A stretch of DNA of 64,000 nucleotides from Longimicrobiales bacterium (lineage in GTDB: Bacteria > Gemmatimonadota > Gemmatimonadetes > Longimicrobiales > Gaopeijiaceae), in NCBI GenBank assembly GCA_965203485.1, contig OZ241892.1, positions 2,496,001 through 2,560,000 of the forward strand, written 5' to 3'. Of this stretch, positions 50,610-60,027 are shown piece after piece. The first letter of the stretch is position 1. Every line of letters begins with the position of its first letter. The translations under genes and the position numbers were made by a program. The notes beneath the pieces were generated by a model. The model did not search any database. It had not been told where the DNA came from and saw only the letters and a list, made by a program, of their open reading frames with translations.

Positions 50610-51326
50610 ATGGCCGTCCGGGGCGGCGGCGGGGACCAATCGGTTTGTGGGCCGCTTCGCCGCGGACGGTCGGCGGACCGCTCGCCGCCCCGCCCCGCCG
50701 TACCCCGTCTTCATGTTCTCGCCGACGACGACCTCGTCGCGTCCCCGGGCCTCGAGGACCGCTTGGCGCCGCTGGCCGAGGCAGGCGGCCCGGGCTTGGC
50801 AATCCAGTTGCGGGCGCGCACTGCGGCCGCCCGCCGGGTCCACGAGGCCGCGTGCCGGCTGGTGCGTGCCGCGGGCGCCGTGACGCTGGTAAGCGACCGC
50901 GTGGACATCGGACTGGCCGCCGGGGCGGGCGGCGTGCATCTGCGGGAAGACTCGATGCCGGTCGAGGACGCCAAGGCGCTCGTCGCCCGGACCGCGTCCC
51001 CAAGCCGGACGCCGTTCCTGGTCGGCCGGTCCATTCACGTCGCCGAGCAGGCGGCCGAGCCCTGGGCGGAACTTGCGGACTACTTGGTCTTCGGCGCCGT
51101 GTGGGCCACCCGCTCGCACCCCGGACGGGCGGCGGCGGGCATCGAGGCGCTGGCGGCCGCCGTTGACCGCGCCCCCGTGCCCGTGCTCGCGATAGGCGGC
51201 GTGACGCCGGAAGGGGCCGCGGCGGCACGGGCGGCGGGAGCGTGGGGCGTGGTCGTCCGCAGCGGCGTCTGGCGGGCGGCGAACGCCGCCGGGGCGGCGA
51301 TCCGGTATCTTGAGACGTTGGGCTGA
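50610..51326 (+). CDS. thiE: Thiamine phosphate synthase / TenI family protein
   Basis: QLR, DRVD, GVHL, GRSIH, DYL, VLAIGG; lies upstream of thiS-thiG. Several active-site residues are non-canonical. Confidence 0.75.
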   Translation: MAVRGGGGDQSVCGPLRRGRSADRSPPRPAVPRLHVLADDDLVASPGLEDRLAPLAEAGGPGLAIQLRARTAAARRVHEAACRLVRAAGAVTLVSDRVDIGLAAGAGGVHLREDSMPVEDAKALVARTASPSRTPFLVGRSIHVAEQAAEPWAELADYLVFGAVWATRSHPGRAAAGIEALAAAVDRAPVPVLAIGGVTPEGAAAARAAGAWGVVVRSGVWRAANAAGAAIRYLETLG

Positions 51327-51436
51327 TGCCCAGCGCCGGTGCGAGCCGCGTGCATGGCGCCCTCGGCCGCGTGCAGGACCCACCCGCGAGTCCCCCGCCG
51401 TCCTCCGAACCGCTCGGAGGAGAAGCGAAACTCAAG

Positions 51437-51658
51437 ATGACGGAAAGCACCGGCGTCGTCTCGATTCAGGTCAACGGGGACGAGCGGGAGGTCGGGGCGG
51501 GAACCAGCGTCGCGGAGCTGGTGGCCGGCCTCTCGTTGCAGCCGGGAGCCGTCGTCGTCGAGCGCAACCGCGAGATTCTTGCTCGCGACGCTCTGTCGTC
51601 GACGTCCTTGGAAGACGGGGACCGCATCGAACTCGTGCACTTCGTGGGAGGCGGATGA
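51437..51658 (+). CDS. thiS: Sulfur carrier protein ThiS
   Basis: IQVNG...VERNREI...GDRIELVHFVGGG. Confidence 0.95.
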   Translation: MTESTGVVSIQVNGDEREVGAGTSVAELVAGLSLQPGAVVVERNREILARDALSSTSLEDGDRIELVHFVGGG

Positions 51659-52462
51659 ATGGCGAGCGGGGCCGACGGCCTGGAGATCGGCGGCAGGCGC
51701 TTCGAGTCGCGACTGATCCTGGGCACGGGCAAGTACCGCACGGGCGAGCAGATGGTGGCCGCGATCCGGGCGAGCGGGGCCGAGATGGTGACGGTGGCCG
51801 TGCGGCGCGCGGACCTTCGCCGGGGCGGGGAGGACGGCATCCTCCATCACCTGAGCCCCGACGACTTCTTCCTGTTGCCGAACACGGCCGGATGCTTCGA
51901 CGCGGCCGAAGCGGTGCGCTACGCCCGCTTGGGGCGGGCCGCAGGACTCAGCGAATGGGTCAAGCTGGAGGTCATCGGCGACCAGCGCACGCTCCTGCCC
52001 GACGTCGCCGCCACGCTCGAAGCCGCGTCCGAACTCGTCGCCGACGGGTTTCGGGTCCTGGCCTACACGAACGACGATCTGGTCGTCGCGCTCCGCCTGG
52101 AGGACGCCGGCTGCGCGGCCGTCATGCCGCTGGCCAGCCCGATAGGCAGCGGTCTGGGTCTCGTGAACCCGTACTACATCCGGGAGATCAAGCGCCGTCT
52201 GTCCGTGCCCGTGATCGTGGACGCAGGCGTGGGCACGGCGTCGGACGCGTGCGTCACCATGGAGCAGGGCGTGGACGGCGTGCTCATGAACACGGCGATC
52301 GCCGCCGCGGCCGATCCCGTGCGCATGGCCGGGGCGATGAAATGGGCCGTTCGGGCGGGACGGGCCGCGTACGTGGCCGGGCGCATGGAGTCCAAGGAGA
52401 TCGCCGCGCCCTCCTCGCCCCTGGCGGGGATGCTGGACGCGGGGGAGGCGCAGGGGCGGTAG
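51659..52462 (+). CDS. thiG: Thiazole synthase
   Basis: SRLILGTGKY, LPNTAGC, KLEV, MPLASPIGSG, VDAGVG. Confidence 0.98.
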   Translation: MASGADGLEIGGRRFESRLILGTGKYRTGEQMVAAIRASGAEMVTVAVRRADLRRGGEDGILHHLSPDDFFLLPNTAGCFDAAEAVRYARLGRAAGLSEWVKLEVIGDQRTLLPDVAATLEAASELVADGFRVLAYTNDDLVVALRLEDAGCAAVMPLASPIGSGLGLVNPYYIREIKRRLSVPVIVDAGVGTASDACVTMEQGVDGVLMNTAIAAAADPVRMAGAMKWAVRAGRAAYVAGRMESKEIAAPSSPLAGMLDAGEAQGR

Positions 52463-53817
52463 CGGCCTTCGATCGCGACGCCGGGAACGGCCGCGATGCA
52501 GGACGCGCAACCCCGGGGGAACGCGCGCTCGCCGCGTCGATCCTGGCCGCCGTGGACGCGGGCCGCAGGCTCGACGTAGCGTGGGAAGCGGCAAGGGCGA
52601 ACGAGTCGAAGCGCCGCCGCTGGGTGCGCGCTCTGGTCTACGGCGTCGTGCGGCTGAGGGGCCGGCTCGACCATGCGTTGCGACAGGCTTCGGGGCGCGA
52701 TCCGGACAGTCTGGACCCGCCGGTTCGACTTGCGCTGCGCATGGGCGCCTACCAGCTCCTGGAGATGCGCAGCGTGCCGGCCTACGCGGCCGTCTCCGAG
52801 TCGGTCAAGGCGGTGAGGGCCGGCCGGAGCCGAGCGGCGGCCGGGCTGGTCAACGCAGTACTGAGGAAGCTGGCCGCCTCGCCTCCCGGCACGCTCGCCT
52901 TTCCGGACGCCGAAGAGGACTTGGAGGGGTTCCTCGCGACGTGGGGCTCGCATCCGCGCTGGCTGGTGCGCCGCTGGCTGCGCGGCTTCGGGCCGGACGC
53001 GACGCGGCGGATCGTGGAGGCCAACAACGAAGAGCCGGTCACGTGCCTGCGGCCCGTAGGGGGAACGGCCGGGGCGGGAGCGCACCGGCTGGGGGAGGCG
53101 GGCATCGAGGCGCTCGCCGAACCGGGCGGGTGGATCCGCCTGGCCCCGGGCACCGATCCCGCGGCGGCGTTGCGGGCCGTGCCGGGCGTCGTCCAGGATC
53201 CGGCCGCGTCCCGGGTCGTGGACTACGCGGCGCCCGAGCCGGACACGGTAGTGGCCGACCTCTGCGCGGCGCCCGGCGGCAAGGCCATCGCGCTCGGGGC
53301 CGTCGCGCGGGCCGTCGTGGCGGCGGACGCGTCGGTCGCGCGCCTCGGCCGGGTCGTGGACGGCGTCGCCCGGTTGCGGCGCGGCGGAGCGCCGGCGAAG
53401 GTTTGGCCGGTTGCGGCGGACGCCCGGCGGCCCGCGGTCCGGGGCGCCGCCACGGTCCTCCTGGACGTGCCCTGCGGCGCGACCGGCGTGCTGAGGCGCC
53501 GCCCGGACGTCCGCTGGCGGCTGTCGGAGGATCGCCTGCGGGCGCTCGCCGAGATGCAGCGCTCGATGCTGGACAGCGCGGCGGCGGCGGTTCCGTCCGG
53601 CGGCTTGCTGGTTTACGCTACATGTTCCTTGGAACCGGAGGAGAACGGGTGTCAAGTGGAGGACTTCTTGTCTCGCCACCCGGAGTTTCGGATGGAGCCC
53701 GGTCCGGCCCCTGCGCATCTCCTCGACGCAAGAGGGCGCCTCGCGGTCTTTCCTGCCGCGGGAAAGGGCGGCCACGACGGGGCCTTCGCAGCCCGGATGC
53801 GAAGAGCGGCACGCTGA
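52459..53817 (+). CDS. rsmB: 16S rRNA m5C methyltransferase RsmB/Sun (start codon not identified)
   Basis: NusB-like domain (YQL, AAVSESV, VNAVLR), SHPRW, QD, DLCAAPGGK, DVPC, YATCS. Confidence 0.9.
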   Translation, partial: VAAFDRDAGNGRDAGRATPGERALAASILAAVDAGRRLDVAWEAARANESKRRRWVRALVYGVVRLRGRLDHALRQASGRDPDSLDPPVRLALRMGAYQLLEMRSVPAYAAVSESVKAVRAGRSRAAAGLVNAVLRKLAASPPGTLAFPDAEEDLEGFLATWGSHPRWLVRRWLRGFGPDATRRIVEANNEEPVTCLRPVGGTAGAGAHRLGEAGIEALAEPGGWIRLAPGTDPAAALRAVPGVVQDPAASRVVDYAAPEPDTVVADLCAAPGGKAIALGAVARAVVAADASVARLGRVVDGVARLRRGGAPAKVWPVAADARRPAVRGAATVLLDVPCGATGVLRRRPDVRWRLSEDRLRALAEMQRSMLDSAAAAVPSGGLLVYATCSLEPEENGCQVEDFLSRHPEFRMEPGPAPAHLLDARGRLAVFPAAGKGGHDGAFAARMRRAAR

Positions 53818-53956
53818 ATGCGGTTCGGCGGCTTCGTCGTGGGCCCTGGCGCGCTCCGGGCGGCCGAGCGGACGCAATGGGATGCACGCTGACGGATCTC
53901 CGCAACGCGGGGTTCGCGCCGTGGACGGCGCCGGCGCCGCAGAGGGCGGCTCGCTG

Positions 53957-54772
53957 ATGGGCCTCGGCAGCTCCATTCGGCGCCGCCGGACTCGTCGGCC
54001 CAGCGACGACGCGGCCCCCGCACCGCGACGAACGCTCCGCGACGCGGCCCGCCGCGCAGGAATCGCGCTCGGGACCGTGCTGGCGGGAGCCATCGCGGGG
54101 CACCAGGCGGCGGTCTTCTTCTTCTTCCCTCCGCGAGAGTCCCCCGTCGCGCTCCAGGAGGTGCCCGACTTCAGGGGAATGACGAACGCCGCCGCCATGC
54201 AGCTCGTCGCATCCTCGGGATTGGAGGCCCGCGGACTCGACCCGGTCCACCACCCGCAAGCCCCCCGCGGGACGGTAATAGGCCAGAGCCCGTTGCCGGG
54301 GCGCACGGCCCTGCGCGGCGCCGGAGTCCGGCTGGCCGTTTCGGCCGGCCCCTTGGTGCGCGCCGTGCCCGACGTGACGCGGCTGCCCGGCCAGCGCGCC
54401 GCCGACGTGCTGGCCGCCGCCGGGTTCGCCGTGCTGGTCGACACCGTGGAGTCGCTCGACCCGGCGGACCGCGTGATCGGCATCGAGCCGGCCCCCGGCG
54501 ACACGCTCGCCGTCCCCAGCGCCATCCGCCTGCAGGTCAGCAGCGGTCCGCCGACGTTCGCGATGCCGGACCTGACCGGCGTGGACGAAAGCCGCGCGCT
54601 CGCCCTGCTCGACTCGCTGGGTCTCGTCGTCGGCGAGGTGGAGCGCCGCTTCAGCCTGCTCAACCAAGGGGCCGTGTTCGGCCAAGCTCCGCCCCCCGGC
54701 GCGTTGACCGAACACGGCGGGCGCGTGAGCCTGGTCGTCGGCGAACCGCCCCGCCGCCGCGCGAGGCGATGA
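53957..54772 (+). CDS. PASTA-domain membrane protein
   Basis: TM segment followed by three VPD/MPD...A...G...VI.Q.P repeats. Confidence 0.88.
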   Translation: MGLGSSIRRRRTRRPSDDAAPAPRRTLRDAARRAGIALGTVLAGAIAGHQAAVFFFFPPRESPVALQEVPDFRGMTNAAAMQLVASSGLEARGLDPVHHPQAPRGTVIGQSPLPGRTALRGAGVRLAVSAGPLVRAVPDVTRLPGQRAADVLAAAGFAVLVDTVESLDPADRVIGIEPAPGDTLAVPSAIRLQVSSGPPTFAMPDLTGVDESRALALLDSLGLVVGEVERRFSLLNQGAVFGQAPPPGALTEHGGRVSLVVGEPPRRRARR

Positions 54773-55464
54773 CGCGGGGCGGCGGAGCGAGGAGCGCGGC
54801 GCGGGTCTACGGCGCGGCCCTGGCGGTCGTCGTCGCGGTCGTCGTCGCGGCCTGGGCAAGCCGCGCTCGCACTCGCCCGGTGCTCGCGGGCGACCGCGCC
54901 CCCGACTTCGAGGTCCACGACCCGGACGGCCGCCCGGTCACCCTCGCGAGCTACCGCGGCAAGGTGGTTCTCCTCAACGTCTGGGCGACCTGGTGCGCTC
55001 CGTGCAAGGAAGAGATGCCCTCGATGCAGCGGCTCTACGACACGTTCTCCCGCGACCAGTTCGAGATCGCGGCCGTCAGCGTGGACTCTCCGCCGGGTTC
55101 CCTCGACGCCTTGGGGAACGCCGGCGGCGATCCCGTCGCCTTCGCCCGCGACCTGGAACTCACGTTTCCGGTCCTGCTCGACCCCGCCGGCTCCATAGAG
55201 CGCGTCTACCGCACGTCGGGCGTCCCGGAGTCGTTCCTGATCGGCGCGGACGGCGTCGTCTACAAGAAGATGGCGGGGTCCACGGCGTGGGACTCGGAGG
55301 CGAACGTGAACCTGGTGCGGCGGCTGGTTGCCGGCGGCCCGGCGCGCGGCCCAGGCGTGGGCTCCGGCGGCCTCGGCCCGAAACAGCCCGAACGAACAGG
55401 CGAACGCGACGGCTCGCGACCGGACGCGCGCGTCTTCGAGCGTCGCCGCCCGGCCTACGAATAG
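54769..55464 (+). CDS. TlpA/ResA-family thiol-disulfide oxidoreductase
   Basis: LNVWATWCAPCKEEMP, GVPESF. Confidence 0.92.
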   Translation: MTRGGGARSAARVYGAALAVVVAVVVAAWASRARTRPVLAGDRAPDFEVHDPDGRPVTLASYRGKVVLLNVWATWCAPCKEEMPSMQRLYDTFSRDQFEIAAVSVDSPPGSLDALGNAGGDPVAFARDLELTFPVLLDPAGSIERVYRTSGVPESFLIGADGVVYKKMAGSTAWDSEANVNLVRRLVAGGPARGPGVGSGGLGPKQPERTGERDGSRPDARVFERRRPAYE

Positions 55465-55467
55465 CGG

Positions 55468-56430
55468 GTGTACTTCCCCCGGTTCCTGGTGCGCAACTGG
55501 CGCCTCAAGGCGGCCGCTCTCGCGATGGCGGTCCTGCTGTGGGCGACGATGCGCTTGCGCGACGACGAGCCGATCAGCCTGGACATCCACGGGGTGGCGG
55601 TCCAAGTCGCCGAGAGCATGGACGCGGGCTGGGTTCTCGTCGGCCCGCCGTCGCCTTCGTCCGTGCGCCTCACGGTGACCGGCTCGCACGCCGACCTCTT
55701 CCGTGCCGGCGTGGCGCGTCCCGTCGTCGTCGTCCCCGCAGACTCCGTGCCGGGCGAGGACTGGCTCCCCGAGCTGAACCCGGACTGGGTGCGCAACATC
55801 GACCGCACCCGCATCGCCGTCGGCGACATCGTGCCCAGCACGGTGCGCCTGCGCTTCGAGCGCAACGTTTCCGAGTGGATCCCCGTTTCGGTGCGCTACG
55901 CCGGGTCTCCGGCGGCCGGAACCGCCCTTTCGGCCGACCCGAGCGTGAGCCCGGTCCTGGTGCGCGTGCAAGGCCCCGCGTCCGTGGTCGACACGCTGCA
56001 GGCCGTCTTCACCGAAGCCTTCGACCTGGGCGCGGCGGCCGGCGCCGAACAGTTCGTCGTCGCCCTGGACGTCGCGGCAATGGAGGGGATCGCGGTCGTG
56101 CCCGACTCGGCCACGGTTACGGTCCTCGCCGGCCCGAAGGAGCACCGCGTCCTAGGCCCCTTGGCCGTGGAGCTGCCGGACTCGGCGATGGCGGCCGAGC
56201 CCAGCGCCGTGGAGGTGACCCTGCGGGGGACCGCGGACGCGCTGGCCGCGGTCGATCCGGCCTCGTTGTTCGTTCGCGTCGCCCTGGACCCGGCGGTGCT
56301 GCGGGCGCAGGCCGAACGAGGCCCCGTGCGCCTTCCGGTCGAGATCGGCGGCCTGCCCCGCTGGGTGGACGCCGAAGTCGACGCCGACTCGGTCACCGTC
56401 CTGGGCGCACGCTTCCGGCAACCGCCGTGA
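55468..56430 (+). CDS. YbbR/CdaR-like protein
   Basis: NWRLKAAALAMAVLLW anchor plus repeated P..V.V.V.G domains. Confidence 0.8.
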   Translation: MYFPRFLVRNWRLKAAALAMAVLLWATMRLRDDEPISLDIHGVAVQVAESMDAGWVLVGPPSPSSVRLTVTGSHADLFRAGVARPVVVVPADSVPGEDWLPELNPDWVRNIDRTRIAVGDIVPSTVRLRFERNVSEWIPVSVRYAGSPAAGTALSADPSVSPVLVRVQGPASVVDTLQAVFTEAFDLGAAAGAEQFVVALDVAAMEGIAVVPDSATVTVLAGPKEHRVLGPLAVELPDSAMAAEPSAVEVTLRGTADALAAVDPASLFVRVALDPAVLRAQAERGPVRLPVEIGGLPRWVDAEVDADSVTVLGARFRQPP

Positions 56431-57521
56431 TCGCCCCCGTTCTGGGCATCGAGACCACCTGCGACGAGACGTCGGCGGCAGTGCTCGACGAGCAAGGCCG
56501 CATCCTGAGCCTCGTGGTGCACTCGCAGGACGTGCACCGCCTCTACGGCGGCGTCGTGCCCGAACTCGCGGCCCGCGACCACCTCCGGCGCATCGAGCCG
56601 GTGGCGGCCCAAGCCTTCGCCGACGCGGGCGTCGCCCGTTCCGACATCGCGGCCGTGGCCGCCGCCGTGGCTCCCGGCCTCATCGGCGCGCTCCTCGTCG
56701 GCGCCTCCTGGTCGCGCGCCACCGCCTTCGCCCTTCAAGTCCCGTTCGTGCCCGTGCATCACATGGAGGGCCACCTCTTCGGCCCCGTGCTCGAAGACCC
56801 CGACGCCGAGCCTCCCTTCACGGCCCTGGTCGTCTCCGGCGGACACACGCTGCTCCTCTGGGCGCCGGAGTGGGGCAAGTACTTCCTTCTCGGGCGCACC
56901 CGCGACGACGCGGCCGGCGAGGCGTTCGACAAGGTGGCCAAGCTGCTCGGCCTTCCCTACCCCGGCGGACCCGCCATCCAAGCCGCGGCAAAGAACGGCG
57001 ACGCGACCCGCTACCCGCTCCCCCGCCCCCTCCTGCGAACCGGCCGTGAGCCGGCCCGCCCCGGCGACTTCGACTTCTCGTTCTCCGGCCTCAAGACGGC
57101 CGTCGCGCGCCTCGTCGCCGAACTGGACCAAGCGGGCTCGCTGGAGCGCGAGACGCCGCACGTCGCCGCCTCGTTCCAGGAGGCGGCCGTGGACGTGCTG
57201 GCCGCCAAGACCCTGCGCGCCGCCCGCGCGACCGGCTGCAAGCGGGTGCTTCTCGGCGGCGGGGTCTCGGCGAACGCCGCCCTCCGCCAGCGCGTCCGGG
57301 AGGGCGTCGGCGCGAGCGGCCGCGTCTTCGCCGGATCGCCCCGCGTCTCGCTCGACAACGGCGCCATGATCGCCCGCGCCGCCCAGTTCCGCGTGCAGCA
57401 CGGCTCGTTCGGCGGCTTGTCCCAAGCGAACGCGTCCGCTCCGATGCCCGGCCTGACGCCTTGGCGGCCGCCGGAGCCCAAAGCTCCCTTTGACGGCACG
57501 CGGAGAGGTGTTACAGCTTGA
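56427..57521 (+). CDS. tsaD: tRNA N6-adenosine threonylcarbamoyltransferase
   Basis: LGIETTCDET, GGVVPELA, HHMEGH, VSGGHT, DDAAGEAFDK, FSFSGLKT, DNGAMI. Confidence 0.98.
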   Translation: MIAPVLGIETTCDETSAAVLDEQGRILSLVVHSQDVHRLYGGVVPELAARDHLRRIEPVAAQAFADAGVARSDIAAVAAAVAPGLIGALLVGASWSRATAFALQVPFVPVHHMEGHLFGPVLEDPDAEPPFTALVVSGGHTLLLWAPEWGKYFLLGRTRDDAAGEAFDKVAKLLGLPYPGGPAIQAAAKNGDATRYPLPRPLLRTGREPARPGDFDFSFSGLKTAVARLVAELDQAGSLERETPHVAASFQEAAVDVLAAKTLRAARATGCKRVLLGGGVSANAALRQRVREGVGASGRVFAGSPRVSLDNGAMIARAAQFRVQHGSFGGLSQANASAPMPGLTPWRPPEPKAPFDGTRRGVTA

Positions 57522-57557
57522 GATTGCTCCTGGGGGAACCTCAACCCAGGAGGTTGC

Positions 57558-57689
57558 ATGTACCGCCGTAGAAAGCTCTGGTACGCGACGATCGTCGCGG
57601 CCGCACTCGGCGCAACTGGGGCCCCCAAGTCGCGCTCGCCGAAGTCAAACTGGTGGAACGATAAGCTAAGCCAGAGCGACGCGCACTGA
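57558..57689 (+). CDS. 43-aa small ORF with signal-peptide-like N-terminus (possibly truncated)
   Basis: AGGAGG RBS; MYRRRKLWYATIVAAALGATGAPKSRSPKSNWWNDKLSQSDAH. Confidence 0.4.
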   Translation: MYRRRKLWYATIVAAALGATGAPKSRSPKSNWWNDKLSQSDAH

Positions 57690-57803
57690 GTGCCTAGCAT
57701 CGTCTCGGCTCTCTAACGGCTCACGTCCGCTTGTGCCTGCGATCAAATGATTCCGCGTCGTGTCGTCCGGCACGATGAGCCAGGATCGGATCACAACGGC
57801 CGG

Positions 57804-58967
57804 CTAACGCAGAATAGGCCGCAACTCTACCCGCTGGGTGTCCATCTCGTCTCTCGCAACGCCGGCGACGCGCGTCTCCCCGACCCATTTGAGCACAAAG
57901 CCCAGCGGCAGGTCCGCGGTGGCCGCCAAAGCGCCGTCGGGGCCGAATACCTTCCAGTGATTGCGCGGCTCCGGGTACGGCGCCGTGAACTGCATGACCC
58001 ACGTGAAGTCGTCCTCCGACACCCGAACGTCCCGGTACGCGGGAAAGTGCGAGGGGAACGGGTACTCCGCGTAGTATCGGCGAGTTCCGTCGGGGTCGCG
58101 AGCGCGGGCGGCCGCCCGGCGCGAGTACTCGTCCACGTGGAAGCGCGAGACCGCTATTCGGCTCTCGTCGACCGCCAGGGTGTCCCGAACGTTGCCTGCC
58201 ACGTCGAAGCGCGTCAGCGACCACGCGTCGCCTGTGCCAAGGACGAACCCGCGGGGCGACGTATCAAGTTTCGGCCATAGCCCCCACGCCAGAGGGACAA
58301 TGCTGTAGGCCAAGCCGTCGGGGCGGGCCACGTACACTCGCTCGATCCCAGGGAACCGCCCGATCGTCCGCCGGACGGATCCGTCCGGCGCGAAGAGGAC
58401 GAGATCGAAATCGTCTCGGTGCGACTCCTCTGGTAGTTCGTCGATAGCAACGATCGGAGACTCGATGCGATCGATTCCGACGAAGCCGTTCGGGCCAACG
58501 CACCGGACATCCTCAAGAATCGCGCCGTCCAGGGAAATCGTTCGCGCGAATTCGAGATCCAGAGAAAAGACGGTAACGCGATTAAGAACGTCATCCGCGA
58601 CAAACACGCTGTCGCGACCGCAATCTCCGACCCACCCGACGAGCTCAAAGTCGCCGGGACCTTCGCCGTGGCGCCCCGCACTGGCGACGATCTGTCCCGT
58701 CATCGCGTCGAACGCGTGAATGCGTCGGGCTTGGACGTCCGTGACGTAGATGCGGTCGTCCCGGACGAACACGTCGGCCACGCTCCCGAACAGCGCCCCC
58801 GTGTCCTCGCCAACCATCAAGGTCGGCGGACCTAGGCGCCACTGAGCCTCGGCGGGCGAAGCGAGCAGGAGCCCCGCGATCGCCCAAGCCAACCCACCCT
58901 GGAAGGGCGGGAGACTTGGGCAATCGCGAGCCCGGCGCACCGCAATCCTAGGTCTTGACTGGACCAT
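57804..58967 (-). CDS. 6-bladed beta-propeller secreted protein (start uncertain)
   Basis: Signal ending ASPAEAQ; GRHGEGPGDF, DSVFVAD, RVTVFS; C-terminal RDEMD...V. Confidence 0.82.
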   Translation of the reverse strand: MVQSRPRIAVRRARDCPSLPPFQGGLAWAIAGLLLASPAEAQWRLGPPTLMVGEDTGALFGSVADVFVRDDRIYVTDVQARRIHAFDAMTGQIVASAGRHGEGPGDFELVGWVGDCGRDSVFVADDVLNRVTVFSLDLEFARTISLDGAILEDVRCVGPNGFVGIDRIESPIVAIDELPEESHRDDFDLVLFAPDGSVRRTIGRFPGIERVYVARPDGLAYSIVPLAWGLWPKLDTSPRGFVLGTGDAWSLTRFDVAGNVRDTLAVDESRIAVSRFHVDEYSRRAAARARDPDGTRRYYAEYPFPSHFPAYRDVRVSEDDFTWVMQFTAPYPEPRNHWKVFGPDGALAATADLPLGFVLKWVGETRVAGVARDEMDTQRVELRPILR

Positions 58968-59345
58968 CCGAACTGCCCGGACGGTCCTGGCCGGGGGGGG
59001 GTGCATCCTGTCGACTCCGAATCGCAGGCGCCCTCCTGGACGTACGCACCACCGCCGTCCAACGGAATAATACATGTCGAGCCATTGACATCTCCTTTAG
59101 TGGTTTGAGCCCGCCTTATCACGAAGGCGGCGGTGATAGGGAATGGCGTGCGACGGCGAGGCCAGCAGGCCCAAGGTGTCCGCCCGAGAACCGGCGACCT
59201 GCCGCCAAGTAACGCCAAGGCGAGGATAATGAAGGGGTTGTTCCGATGCAACTGGACCTGCCCCGACGGCTCTTCGCCTGACGTGGTGGGGAGGGACATG
59301 GAATCGGAACAGCGGGGATGGCACGGGACACGGCGGTCAGTGCTA

Positions 59346-59633
59346 GGGGCCCGTGGACAAGTCCTTCCGGGCGGCACTAGGGATGGGGGTTAGATTGGAG
59401 GGAGGCGACGATTCCCTGGAAGGAGGACGGAGATGGCGTTGGGCAAGCGTCCGAGGGTGCGCCAGGAGGCGCTGTTCGTGGCGACCAGCGAGATCAGCGT
59501 GACCGAGCACCCGTTCTACCGCGTGCTGGACAAGCTGTTGCGGGAGGACGGGTTCGACGAGTTCGCGGAGGACGTGTGCGCCGAGTTCTACGCGGGCAAC
59601 GTGGGTCGGCCGGGAGTTCCTCCGAGTGTGTAC
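59346..59633 (+). mobile_element. IS1182-like element, left end plus truncated transposase N-terminus
   Basis: ORF from 59433 reads HPFYRVLDKLL...FYAGNVGRPGVPPSVY (DUF772-like), preceded by AGGAGG. GGGGCCCGTGGACAAG is a candidate left inverted repeat. Confidence 0.7.
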
Positions 59634-59634
59634 G

Positions 59635-59895
59635 CAGTACACGTCCTGGGCGTTCGAGCGGTGCAGGAAGGCGGGAGCTCGTCGCTCCACGGAACTCCGT
59701 GGGCGACGCCTGCGACAACGCGATGTGCGAGAGCTTCTTCGCCACGTTGGAATGCGAGCTGCTGGACCGTTGCCGGTTCGCGAATCCGGCCGAAGCCCGG
59801 CGCGCCGTCTTCGACTTCATCGAGGGCTCTACAACTCGAGGCACCGACGCTCGGCGCTCGGCTACGAGTCGCCCGCCGGCTTCGAGCGCAAGCGC
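59635..59895 (+). pseudogene. IS3-family transposase C-terminal remnant, frameshifted
   Basis: QYTSWAF, SVGDACDNAMCESFFATLECELL, FDFIEG and YNSRHRRSALGYESP are spread over different frames. Confidence 0.85.
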
Positions 59896-60027
59896 GCAGT
59901 CGTGCAGTGCGCCCGGCCATCTCGGTACGAGGCCGTTCCGCGCCCTTGCGCCTCCGCAAGTTATGTTCACCTTGCACCACCTGAACCCAAGGTCCTTACC
60001 CGTCCACAATACGGAGCAACTCCAGAT

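Noticed and set aside
50560..50700. TPP riboswitch before the thi genes
   Set aside because: thiE follows fmt within a few bases and no TPP aptamer consensus is visible.
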